A stretch of DNA of 64,000 bases, from positions 656 through 64,655 of the forward strand of contig LCQW01000006.1 in NCBI GenBank assembly GCA_001004345.1, written 5' to 3'. A model generated the notes under the pieces. That model had not been told where the DNA came from. It was given only the letters and a program-made list of their open reading frames with translations, and searched no databases. The translations under genes were made by a program, and so were the position numbers. This document shows, piece after piece, positions 26,757-35,419 of the stretch. The stretch is from Candidatus Kaiserbacteria bacterium GW2011_GWA2_52_12 (GTDB taxonomy: Bacteria > Patescibacteriota > Minisyncoccia > Phycocordibacterales > UBA2100). Position 1 is the stretch's first letter; each line of letters starts with the position of its first letter.

Positions 26757-26773
26757 ATATCAATATGTTTAAT

Positions 26774-26827
26774 GGAAAGGTGGTATTTCCACCTTTCCAT
26801 TGTATATTATTGACAAAAGTAAGTCAA
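26774..26827 (-). promoter_or_regulatory. AbiE cassette promoter/operator: GGAAAGGTGG-tattt-CCACCTTTCC perfect inverted repeat (26774-26798), with -10 TACAAT (rc, 26799-26804) and -35 TTGACT (rc, 26822-26827)
   Basis: 10-bp perfect inverted repeat between the -10 box and the abiEi start codon, with 17-bp promoter spacing. Confidence 0.5.
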
Positions 26828-26828
26828 A

Positions 26829-27003
26829 TAGCTGGCTGCGCCAATCGGCGGTTATTTGTTTGTGGGGAGCAAACTTGTTGTTGCTAGATGCAGGCCGTTA
26901 GAATCACTGCAATAGTTTTGACAATTTTTCCAATATTGTTTTTAGGGAATCGAGACTGTTATTTTTATTTTCCGAGAAAACATGCCAAAACTATAGCATA
27001 ATT
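26829..27003. repeat. Right copy of the duplicated intergenic segment (parts A and B contiguous)
   Basis: See the left copy; about 171 shared bp. Confidence 0.9.
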
Positions 27004-27047
27004 TGCCGTGGATAGACCCTAACCTCGGACAACTAACCTCCTGTTTT

Positions 27048-28193
27048 TTAAACGATCTTTTTGTACAAAGTGATGAGCTTGTCGCCCATTGCTTGCCACG
27101 TGAACTGTGCGGCTTTCGCGCGGCCGCTCGCAGCGAAACGTTCCCGAAGGGTCGGATCATCCGCAAGACGACGCAGTGCATCAGCCATCTCCTGCACATT
27201 ATAGACGTCGACAAGTATCGCGTCTTCGGCGGTAATTTCAGGTGCCGCAGTCTTTGAAATGATGGCGGGCGTGCCGCATGCCATCGCTTCGATAGCGGGC
27301 AGTCCAAAACCCTCATTCAATAGCGGGAAGAGGAGCGCATAGGCGGCGCTGTAAACGGTAGGCAGGTCAGCTTGTTCTACATACGACACAAGATGTATCC
27401 GGTCTTTTGCGGGACTTTTTTCTATCAGAGCATGCAGCGCCGGAGTTTCAGTATCCTCCGCGCCGACATGGACGAAATGTAGGTTGCGCGCATTTGATAT
27501 TTTGCAAAATTGATCGAACACCTCAATGGTGCGCACGACGTTCTTGGTAGGAATATGCCGAGCCATGCCGAGGAAAAATCTTTGCGGCAAGCGATATTTT
27601 TGTTTTACCATTTTGACCGCCTCTCCGTCCGCCGGTCGATATACGTCTTCCGCTCCATTATTGATGGCGGTCACATGCGCAAGGTCAAAACCATACTTTA
27701 GGGCGATATCTTTTTTGGCGTACTCCGAACCGGCTATCGCCATCCGTATTTTTTTATTGAACAGCTTGAGTGTCCAATTGAATATGAAGCGCGAAAATAT
27801 GAAGCGCCCGTCTGGCGTAAGGTCACCGGCCCCGTGCAATGTGGCGATGATGTGTCGCGTCGGCGCGAGCCAGAAAAAAGGATAGAGCCTGGCCTGGAAC
27901 CATTGCATGATGTCATACCTGTCTTTTGTGGTTAGAAAGTAATACATCATTCGTATAAAACGATGATTCAGAAAATTAAGACGAAATTTTGGGAAGATCA
28001 CTTCCCGAGCGCCATGCTGATATATCGGATCGTCTGTTCGTTCGTAGTGTAAAAAAGTAAGGTCGAATTGGTCGCGCGCACGGAGAAGTGCCTCGACGGA
28101 TTCCCGCGCTACGATAGCGGTCCCCTTCGCGCGCCGCCCGTCTATCGCATAGGTCATGAGGCCCACACGTATTTTTTTCTGCTCTGCACTCAT
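27048..28193 (-). CDS. Glycosyltransferase family 4 (GT-B)
   Basis: EGFGLPAIEAMACGTPAI motif. Length 381 aa. Confidence 0.8.
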   Translation of the reverse strand: MSAEQKKIRVGLMTYAIDGRRAKGTAIVARESVEALLRARDQFDLTFLHYERTDDPIYQHGAREVIFPKFRLNFLNHRFIRMMYYFLTTKDRYDIMQWFQARLYPFFWLAPTRHIIATLHGAGDLTPDGRFIFSRFIFNWTLKLFNKKIRMAIAGSEYAKKDIALKYGFDLAHVTAINNGAEDVYRPADGEAVKMVKQKYRLPQRFFLGMARHIPTKNVVRTIEVFDQFCKISNARNLHFVHVGAEDTETPALHALIEKSPAKDRIHLVSYVEQADLPTVYSAAYALLFPLLNEGFGLPAIEAMACGTPAIISKTAAPEITAEDAILVDVYNVQEMADALRRLADDPTLRERFAASGRAKAAQFTWQAMGDKLITLYKKIV

Positions 28194-28199
28194 GCACTT

Positions 28200-29348
28200 T
28201 TATTTGAAGATGTTTCGTATTGCATCGACCACGTCCTTCACATCCTTGCCAGTGAGGTGCGGCGAGAGCGGGATTGATGCAGTCCTGTCGCCGATCCATT
28301 CGGCATTCGGCAGGTCCCCTTCCTTGTATCCATACGTCTTTCGATAGTACGGGTGCAGGTGGAGCGCGCGGAAATGCACTCCAGTGCCGATGTTCCTCTT
28401 TGCCATTTCATTCAAGAATTGATCGCGTGTCACGTTCGTTGTATCGGTATCGATGAGCACCGTGAACATGTGGTACGCATGGCGGTCTCCTGCTCGAATG
28501 GGAGCGGGCAGGACGATAGGCAGACCCTGCAATTCTTTCATGTACGTATGCCATATCTTTTTGCGCTTTTTCCAATTCTGTTCAATGCGCGCGAGCTGAT
28601 GAATACCGAGAGAGGCCTGAATATCCATCATGTTGTATTTGAAGCCCGCTTCAATGTGCTCATAGTGCTTGTACCCGCTCGTCCCGTACCTATTCCATGC
28701 ATCGACACTCATGCCGTGCAGCGAAAGCGCGCGGCTTCGCTTCATTGCTTCCGCGTCATTCCCTATCAACATGCCGCCTTCTGCGGTTACGAGATTTTTT
28801 ATCGCGTGAAAACTGTAGCACGCAAAGTTGCCGTACGCGCCGACTTTTTTCCCTTTGTATTCCGTCTCAACGGCATGCGCGGCGTCTTGGACTATTTTCA
28901 AATTGTGCTTACGGGCGATGGTAAATATCTCGTCCATATCGCACGCTCTACCGGCCATGTGCACGGGCATGATCGCTTTTGTGCGCGGCGTTATTGCGGC
29001 TTCGATTTCCTTCGGCTCAATGTTCATCGTCGCACGGTTGCAGTCGACAAGTACGGGCGTGGCGCCGCAGTGCACGACCGTATTAGCGGAGGCGCCAAAC
29101 GTCATCGCCGGTACTATCACCTCATCACCCTTACCCACCCCTGCGGCCAGAAGCCCGAGATGCAAGGCTGCGGTACCTGAATTCACCGCGAGTGCATGCT
29201 CTGCGCCAACGTATTTCTTGAAATCCTCCTCAAACCGATGTGTTTTGGGGCCCGTCGTTACCCAACCGCTCTTGAGGGTCTTCACCACCTCATTGATCTC
29301 CTTCGCGTTGAATTGTGGCGCGCCGAATCGTAAAAATGTGGCTCTCAT
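28200..29348 (-). CDS. DegT/DnrJ/EryC1/StrS-family PLP-dependent sugar aminotransferase (perosamine-synthase/PseC-like)
   Basis: NSGTAALHLGL and overall DegT-family sequence. Length 382 aa. Confidence 0.8.
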   Translation of the reverse strand: MRATFLRFGAPQFNAKEINEVVKTLKSGWVTTGPKTHRFEEDFKKYVGAEHALAVNSGTAALHLGLLAAGVGKGDEVIVPAMTFGASANTVVHCGATPVLVDCNRATMNIEPKEIEAAITPRTKAIMPVHMAGRACDMDEIFTIARKHNLKIVQDAAHAVETEYKGKKVGAYGNFACYSFHAIKNLVTAEGGMLIGNDAEAMKRSRALSLHGMSVDAWNRYGTSGYKHYEHIEAGFKYNMMDIQASLGIHQLARIEQNWKKRKKIWHTYMKELQGLPIVLPAPIRAGDRHAYHMFTVLIDTDTTNVTRDQFLNEMAKRNIGTGVHFRALHLHPYYRKTYGYKEGDLPNAEWIGDRTASIPLSPHLTGKDVKDVVDAIRNIFK

Positions 29349-29406
29349 AGACTCACTATAACGACAATTCGCACAAAATAAAGGGGGCTGCTACAATGCC
29401 AGCACT

Positions 29407-30858
29407 ATGATGCCCGAGAGCCTGCAGCGACACCCGCGCTCCGATATGCACATTGCCCGCCTGCTTGCAGCAAGCTGCATCGCTCTCTATGTAATCGTTT
29501 TGGCCGTCGTCTTTTTTATCGGCTCATCGCAGGGTGCCTCGCCGGAGAAAATGATGGGCCTCACTCTCGGCAGCCATGCCGATACGGTCGAATATCAAAT
29601 GCTCGCGGAAAACATGTTGAACGAGCATCGTTTTGCCCTCTCACCGGAGGCCCCTACCGAATTCGCGCGCGTCCCCGGATATCCGGTATTTATTGCGCTC
29701 ATACTTGTCATCTTTCACACAATGCTAGTCGTACCGGTCATTCAGATCGCGCTCACTGCAGGCACGGTCGCTCTGATTTATCTCATCGGCGCGAGATATT
29801 TCCCGCGTCCGATCGCGCTTTTTGCCGCAGCACTCTACATGATCGACCCCATCGTCATGTTCGCGACATTCTGGCCGCTCAGTGAATCACTTTTTATGCT
29901 ACTTTTTATTGGCAGTATATATGCGATCGATACGCCCGCGAAGCGAACATGGCTGCCCTTTTTAGTTGCAGGTATTCTGCTTGGACTCTCGGCATACGCA
30001 CGTCATGCCGGACTGTACCTCTCTCCCATTATCGCGTGTATACCGGCCATTCGTGCCCTCTCGTGGCACATCAGCCTTCGTAATGCGGCAATTTTTATCG
30101 TAGCGGCCCTCATAGTCATGAGCCCTTGGATGATCCGCAACTACTCACTCTCCGGACATTTTGCGTTCTCCTCCTTCACCAACTGGGAATTGTTTGTCAG
30201 CAACATGTCCATCTTTGAGCAAGCGCGCACCGGTATCGACTACCAGGAAATAATGAAAATGTACAGCGCGCCGCTGGGCACTAGCGATGAGCATCTCTTG
30301 CGTCAATTCACCTATTCGGACCAACTCGGCGCTATATGGAAGGAAAAAATCTTCGCGCACCCCTATCAATATGCTCTTTTCCACGCGCTCACAACACTGA
30401 AACTTTTTGTGAGTTCCAGCATCGTGATCGTGACATATCACATGCACCAAGCCGGCATTCTCCCCGGCGACCACGCGCAAGGACCGGGTACGTGGGGCAT
30501 GTTGCTCCAGCACCGGTGGAGTGATGCGCTTGTTCAAACATTCACACACATTCCGCGTCTCATCGAAAGAATATTCCTCGCCCTCATGTATGCGAACGCC
30601 TTCTATACGGCGATCCTCGCACTGTTCAAGAGACGGAAAGAAAGTGCATGGATAGTGTGCATCTTTGTCCTCATCAATGTGTACGCAGCCATGGTCGGTA
30701 CCCAGAGTGACGATACCAAGTATCGTATCGTTATCGAACCGTTCATTTTCATGCTCGGCGCGTACGGCCTATACACCCTCTGGCCGAAGATACGGTCATA
30801 TCTCGGCTTCGGCAAAGCGACCACCCTACCACTTTTTGGAACCAAAACTTCTTCGTAA
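29407..30858 (+). CDS. GT-C fold membrane glycosyltransferase (PMT_2/ArnT-like; GT39/GT83-type)
   Basis: Multi-TM protein with an N-terminal FARVPGYPVF loop motif characteristic of ArnT/PMT-like enzymes. Confidence 0.6.
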   Translation: MMPESLQRHPRSDMHIARLLAASCIALYVIVLAVVFFIGSSQGASPEKMMGLTLGSHADTVEYQMLAENMLNEHRFALSPEAPTEFARVPGYPVFIALILVIFHTMLVVPVIQIALTAGTVALIYLIGARYFPRPIALFAAALYMIDPIVMFATFWPLSESLFMLLFIGSIYAIDTPAKRTWLPFLVAGILLGLSAYARHAGLYLSPIIACIPAIRALSWHISLRNAAIFIVAALIVMSPWMIRNYSLSGHFAFSSFTNWELFVSNMSIFEQARTGIDYQEIMKMYSAPLGTSDEHLLRQFTYSDQLGAIWKEKIFAHPYQYALFHALTTLKLFVSSSIVIVTYHMHQAGILPGDHAQGPGTWGMLLQHRWSDALVQTFTHIPRLIERIFLALMYANAFYTAILALFKRRKESAWIVCIFVLINVYAAMVGTQSDDTKYRIVIEPFIFMLGAYGLYTLWPKIRSYLGFGKATTLPLFGTKTSS

Positions 30859-31427
30859 GCGTAAGATGGCGGTCACTTTGAGCGATTCGACGATGTCTCG
30901 CCACGTGCTTTTCGACGTGTCGTGTTCGCGCGAGCGAAATGTGATGGGCACTTCGATGACCCGCGAGCCACTTTCTGTCATGTCCGCAAGCAACTGTATC
31001 TTGTACGCATAGTGGCGGGAGAGGAGCTTTTCCGGCTCCGGTTCCGTCTGGCCACACGCCAACTGGATAACTTTCGGGAGATTCGAAAAACCAAGAGGAC
31101 TATCGCCAGGCTGCTGACCGACGTGAGACACCGGCAGCTGGCCTCTGAGGAAAGCCATGCTGCATACTCCAATGCCTGGATAATGTCATCATTTTCATAG
31201 GCCATCGCGATGCCGCGCTTTTCCGGCTCATCGAACAGATAGATGGCCGGGTCGCTCGCCGCTTTCTCGCGCACGATTTTTGCCGTACCATCGGTCGAGT
31301 GGCCGTCAACTACAAGCACGGACCATTCGTACTTCGGCATCTCGCACAGCGACGCACGCACTTCATCAAGAAGAGCGCCGATCGAGCCGGCTTCGTTGTA
31401 CGTCGGTATGATGATAACGATGCGCAT
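30826..31427 (-). pseudogene. GtrB/DPM1-like GT2 (polyprenyl-phosphate glycosyltransferase) split across two reading frames: frameshifted pseudogene, or a sequencing error
   Basis: N-terminal half (MRIVIIIPTYNEAGS...VVDGHSTDGT...EKRGIAMAY) is in one frame. C-terminal half (SPLGFSNLP...SRVIEVPITFRSREHDTSKS) is in the +2 frame. The switch lies near 31150-31200 and no single ORF covers both halves. Confidence 0.6.
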
Positions 31428-31438
31428 GAGTGTAGGTC

Positions 31439-33091
31439 CTATAATCGGTATATCACAATATTCGGGCCGAGCAATTTTGGCTGGAACAACACAATGAACG
31501 GCTCCGTGAACGCGCTCTCCCACAGCGACATTGGTGCCTCAAAACCGTCGAACCGCACGGCCACGGAAGCGTCTTTCGTGAGTGACGCGAGAGATTCTGC
31601 CATTGCAGGCATCCCGGGCAAAGAACGCAGCTCGATCACAACGTATGTATAGTCATGCTGCCTGGCATATTGCGGCAAGTTCTTGGCAAAAACAGACTCC
31701 GAGATCGACGTGAGATTATTCAATACGTATGGGACATCACGACGATCCATCGCCTCATCGGCTTCGTCTATTTTCCGCAAAGCAGTCGGCTCGATGGAGC
31801 GCAATTCCTTCACCGCCGCTTTTTGCGTGGAAATGTGCAACGCCGAGGAAAAAACGAGCACGCGGTCATTTGGCTTCAGATTTTCAAGGACCCACTCGCG
31901 CGCAAGCGCACGCGTATCGCTTTGCATAGACAGATACGAAAGTCGGCCGGCTACGAGAAGTGGAATTACAAGAAGAATGCATACAAAAGCCGCAAAGCGG
32001 CGGCCCCAGAGCCTAGATATCGCATAGCCACCGAGTATGGAAAGAAAGGGAACGAGAGGAACGACGAAACGACCCTCGAAGTAAAAAAGTACGTAAAACG
32101 CTGCAACGTATACGGCAAAAAATGCAGCGATAAGCGTTCCGATTCTCTTTGCCGAGAGTGCGCAAAAAATCATGCCGAGTGCGGATAATCCCACCAACAC
32201 TGGTTCGGAAAATACAATGAGACGGATCGCGGACCATGGACTCATGAGAAAATCCACGAGCGTCTTTTGTTGATGGAGCGAAATAGTGCCAAGAAAATTG
32301 TGTCCTCCGTGATAGAGAAGCCACGCGAGTACCGCGAGCGCAAAAAAGATAAGTGCGCCAAGCATCAGGAGCGGGACATCGCGCATAATATGCCGAAATT
32401 TTGGCGCGTCGAAACAAAGATAATAGATGCCTATCAGGAGACATGCGAGCGCCGAGATCGCAGAGATTCCCATCCCGATACCCGCCGCGGCGAACGCCGT
32501 GAGATAGCGCCTGCGTACGCTCCAAGTATCTTTGACGAGTAGGAACAGAACGACAAGAAAAACGAACGAAACGGGGAGCCATTGCCTCCCCACCATCGAG
32601 AGTGCCTCGTGGAGCACGCTCGTGGCAAGCAAGAATGCGGCAGCGGAGGCCGCAACTCGTGAACGAAACAGTTTTTCAGCGATGCGATACACAAGATATA
32701 CGGATGCTGTCCCAAGAAGTACCGTTACCAAGCGTGCGGCAACGAAGAACGGTGAAAGGTCCAGGAGCACATGCGCTTGAAAGAGCGCCGGGGCGCCATG
32801 CCAGAGCAGATATTGCAATCCCAAGATGACGGAAAATGGAACGAGAAGAATGTACGATAAATACGGCGGATAATACAAGACCGTTTGAAATTCAGGATGC
32901 AGAGCCGGCAGGATAGTGTGAAGCTGTATCATCAAAAGCGCGGCAAAAGTGTACGGCGCTTCGTCATTCACGACGGCAAGCGGTAGTCCGTATCCTACGC
33001 CGACGATTCGCAATAAAAATGCGAGCAGGAGGAGTGAGAGAAGCACCCACTCTTTTCGAATTAACGGTTTAATTTTTTTGTACCAATCCAT
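31439..33091 (-). CDS. GT-C fold membrane glycosyltransferase (PMT_2/ArnT-like)
   Basis: More than 10 TM helices and a DEAPYTFAAL loop-1 motif. Start at the MDWYKK ATG, which overlaps the upstream GT4 gene by 23 nt. Confidence 0.6.
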   Translation of the reverse strand: MDWYKKIKPLIRKEWVLLSLLLLAFLLRIVGVGYGLPLAVVNDEAPYTFAALLMIQLHTILPALHPEFQTVLYYPPYLSYILLVPFSVILGLQYLLWHGAPALFQAHVLLDLSPFFVAARLVTVLLGTASVYLVYRIAEKLFRSRVAASAAAFLLATSVLHEALSMVGRQWLPVSFVFLVVLFLLVKDTWSVRRRYLTAFAAAGIGMGISAISALACLLIGIYYLCFDAPKFRHIMRDVPLLMLGALIFFALAVLAWLLYHGGHNFLGTISLHQQKTLVDFLMSPWSAIRLIVFSEPVLVGLSALGMIFCALSAKRIGTLIAAFFAVYVAAFYVLFYFEGRFVVPLVPFLSILGGYAISRLWGRRFAAFVCILLVIPLLVAGRLSYLSMQSDTRALAREWVLENLKPNDRVLVFSSALHISTQKAAVKELRSIEPTALRKIDEADEAMDRRDVPYVLNNLTSISESVFAKNLPQYARQHDYTYVVIELRSLPGMPAMAESLASLTKDASVAVRFDGFEAPMSLWESAFTEPFIVLFQPKLLGPNIVIYRL

Positions 33092-34172
33092 AGACCAGCT
33101 CGTCGAACGTCCGCATATAGTTTTCGAGAGAATACTCTTCCACTTTTTTCTTGGCTGCAGTGCCGCATCGTGTTCGCAACATTTCATCACTCAACATTCG
33201 ATCGATCGCAAGGGCGAGCGCATGCGGATCGCCCGGCGGCACCGTGAGTCCCGTTTTTTCGTTTTGTATAAAGTTCGGAATTTCACCTACCGTAGTCGCC
33301 ACGATCGCTTTCCCTTCTCTCATCGCTTCCATGATGCCGATCGGCAGATCGGTAGAGACGGACGGATCCACATAGATATCGGCGATGGAAGTAAATTCCT
33401 GGCCGTCCACGCGGCCAAGGATCTTTACCCGATCACCGACCCCGAACTGCTCAACCTGCGCTTCCAGCTCATCTTGAAGCGGGCCCCAACCTCCGATGAG
33501 AAAATATGTGTCCGGATGCTTTGCGAGCACCATTGGCGTCGCTGCTACGAGATACCGATGTCCCTTGTCTACAACGAGCCGGCTCACTGTCACTGCGATG
33601 AGCGCATCAGAGGATATACCGAGACTAACGAGAAGCGAATCTCTCGTTCTCCTCAACCTGCCGTCAAGAAGCGGCGGAATGATTATGGTCTGGAATTTGC
33701 TTTGCGGTATCCACTCCTGCTTGGAGGTGAAGTATTTCGCGGCATCAGAATCGACGACAATGCGAGTGGTCCACCGGGAAAGCAATTTGTCCATGAGGAT
33801 TTGCCAATAACGCTTATTCGGGTAAATATTGTGCTCGTAGCTGAGGATGACGGGCACGCGCGCTAAGACAGCAGCAGTGCGAACGAGTAGATTGGCAGTG
33901 AAAAGGTGCGTCACCACCACATCGAAATTACCCTCGCGTACGTACCGGAAGAGCCGCCGTATTGCACCAAAATCCCACGTAGAACTCGCTTGAAAACAGC
34001 GATCTATGCGTGTGGACTCATCAGCGCATGACCCATGCTTCTCATCAAAATATGTAATGAGCGACACGTCGTAGCGGGCCGTGTCGAGAAATTTCAGATG
34101 ATGCACAAGAAATTTTTCCGCACCTCCTACACTGAAACGCGGTATCGCAAAAAGTATTTTGATCTTGCGCAT
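33069..34172 (-). CDS. Glycosyltransferase family 4
   Basis: N-terminal FSVGGAEKF, and ILGR...PSVSTDLPIGIMEAMREGKAIVAT in the C-terminal domain. Start at the MRKIKILF ATG. Confidence 0.75.
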   Translation of the reverse strand: MRKIKILFAIPRFSVGGAEKFLVHHLKFLDTARYDVSLITYFDEKHGSCADESTRIDRCFQASSTWDFGAIRRLFRYVREGNFDVVVTHLFTANLLVRTAAVLARVPVILSYEHNIYPNKRYWQILMDKLLSRWTTRIVVDSDAAKYFTSKQEWIPQSKFQTIIIPPLLDGRLRRTRDSLLVSLGISSDALIAVTVSRLVVDKGHRYLVAATPMVLAKHPDTYFLIGGWGPLQDELEAQVEQFGVGDRVKILGRVDGQEFTSIADIYVDPSVSTDLPIGIMEAMREGKAIVATTVGEIPNFIQNEKTGLTVPPGDPHALALAIDRMLSDEMLRTRCGTAAKKKVEEYSLENYMRTFDELVYGLVQKN

Positions 34173-34182
34173 GGAAACAAGC

Positions 34183-35163
34183 TTAACACTCTTCGTCCGA
34201 CAGCAGGTATTCTCGCAGGCCTTCTTCAAATGAATACATGGGCTTCCATCCAAGCTCACGTATCCGCGAGGAATCCGTTTGATACCGCATATCCATACCC
34301 GAGCGATGATGGGGCGCAGTCGTGATCTTCTTGCCCGTCAACTCCTCGACTTTTTTTAGCAATTCGGTCATTTCGATCCCATAGCCCGAGCCGACATTGT
34401 AAATTCCTTCGCCCTTTTCAAGCACGATGTCCACGGCCGCCGGAACATTTTTTATGTACAAAAATTCGCGATACCCCTTTCCTCCGTTGTGCAGCGGCAG
34501 CGGCTCGTCTGTTTTCAGACAATGGCGTATCCTCGCCAGGATTTTCGCCACATCCTGCCGCGGACCAAAGACATTGCACGGCCGGATCTCGGCAATACGT
34601 CCCTTGAGATGCGGGTACGTATTTTCATACGCGGTGCGCATGAGCGAACCGGCGGCCTTAGAGCAGGCGTACGGACTGCGCGGAGACAACATTTCATCCT
34701 CGCGCATGGGGTGATCGCATTCTCCGTAGATCTCATCGGTGGATACGTACAATATCTTTTTGAGGTTCGGGAGCCGGCGAGCCGCTTCAAATGCGTGCGC
34801 CGCTCCGCCTATATTTTTCTCGAACGTGCGGCGCGGTTCGCGTATCGAATAATCGACATCGGTGATCGCCGCCGCATGAATAATGTAGTCCGGCTGTTCG
34901 CGAACTATCGTATCCACGACCGCCACTTTTGCCATGTGCTCATTGATGTGCGTGAACGAACCGTCGATGATCTGCGGATTACTTCCCTCGGAAAGGTTGT
35001 CAATGACGACCACATCCCATCCTTTTTTGACGTAGTGCTCGGTCACGTGCGAAAAAATAAAGCCAAGGCCGCCTGTTATCAGGGTCTTTGGCCCGTCTTT
35101 TTTCGTTTTTTTTCGACCCCAGAACATATGAGTGATTTTGCCACAAATGAATGAATCAGTCAC
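34183..35163 (-). CDS. NAD-dependent epimerase/dehydratase (RfbB/GalE-like extended SDR). GTG start at 35163 preceded by AGGTGA; alternative ATG at 35127.
   Basis: ITGGLGFI Rossmann motif and YACSKAA (YxxxK). Confidence 0.75.
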   Translation of the reverse strand: MTDSFICGKITHMFWGRKKTKKDGPKTLITGGLGFIFSHVTEHYVKKGWDVVVIDNLSEGSNPQIIDGSFTHINEHMAKVAVVDTIVREQPDYIIHAAAITDVDYSIREPRRTFEKNIGGAAHAFEAARRLPNLKKILYVSTDEIYGECDHPMREDEMLSPRSPYACSKAAGSLMRTAYENTYPHLKGRIAEIRPCNVFGPRQDVAKILARIRHCLKTDEPLPLHNGGKGYREFLYIKNVPAAVDIVLEKGEGIYNVGSGYGIEMTELLKKVEELTGKKITTAPHHRSGMDMRYQTDSSRIRELGWKPMYSFEEGLREYLLSDEEC

Positions 35164-35186
35164 GTTTTCACCTAGTTTTCACCTAG
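35164..35186. repeat. Tandem direct repeat of ttttcacctag (two copies). On the minus strand this duplicates an AGGTGA SD-like core just upstream of the GTG start.
   Basis: Seen directly in the sequence. Confidence 0.6.
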
Positions 35187-35356
35187 TACTCGGGTCTCGG
35201 TTGCTTCGGGGTATATCATGTGCGCGCTCACCCCTGTCTCAATCGACTCGCGCAAGCATCCGGCAAGCAGAATCTTTCGGGGAGTACGGCGCGTACGCCG
35301 CACTGCATTACCCGTACCTTTAAGCGTACCATAACCGTGTAAGATTTTTCGCGCGA

Positions 35357-35394
35357 ACGCCCCGCCCCCAAATAAATAACTGGGGGCGGGGCGT
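35357..35394. terminator. Perfect 14-bp GC-rich inverted repeat ACGCCCCGCCCCCA-(10 nt)-TGGGGGCGGGGCGT between the MoxR-like gene and the epimerase gene; hairpin without a U-tract
   Basis: Seen in the sequence. It lies 26 nt downstream of the stop codon of the 35420-38368 gene on the minus strand. Confidence 0.4.
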
Positions 35395-35419
35395 GAACTC
35401 AAAATTCAAAGCATAAGGA

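Noticed and set aside
28353-29180. 275-aa plus-strand ORF
   Set aside because: It lies entirely antisense to the well-supported DegT aminotransferase gene and has a His/Arg-rich, low-complexity translation typical of GC-rich antisense frames.
30978-31523. 181-aa ORF taken as a single intact gene
   Set aside because: Only the first roughly 90 codons (from the ATG at 31427) look like a GT2 enzyme. The rest is an out-of-frame Arg/Ser-rich tail, and the real C-terminus is in the 30826-31158 frame. I treat it as a frameshifted pseudogene.
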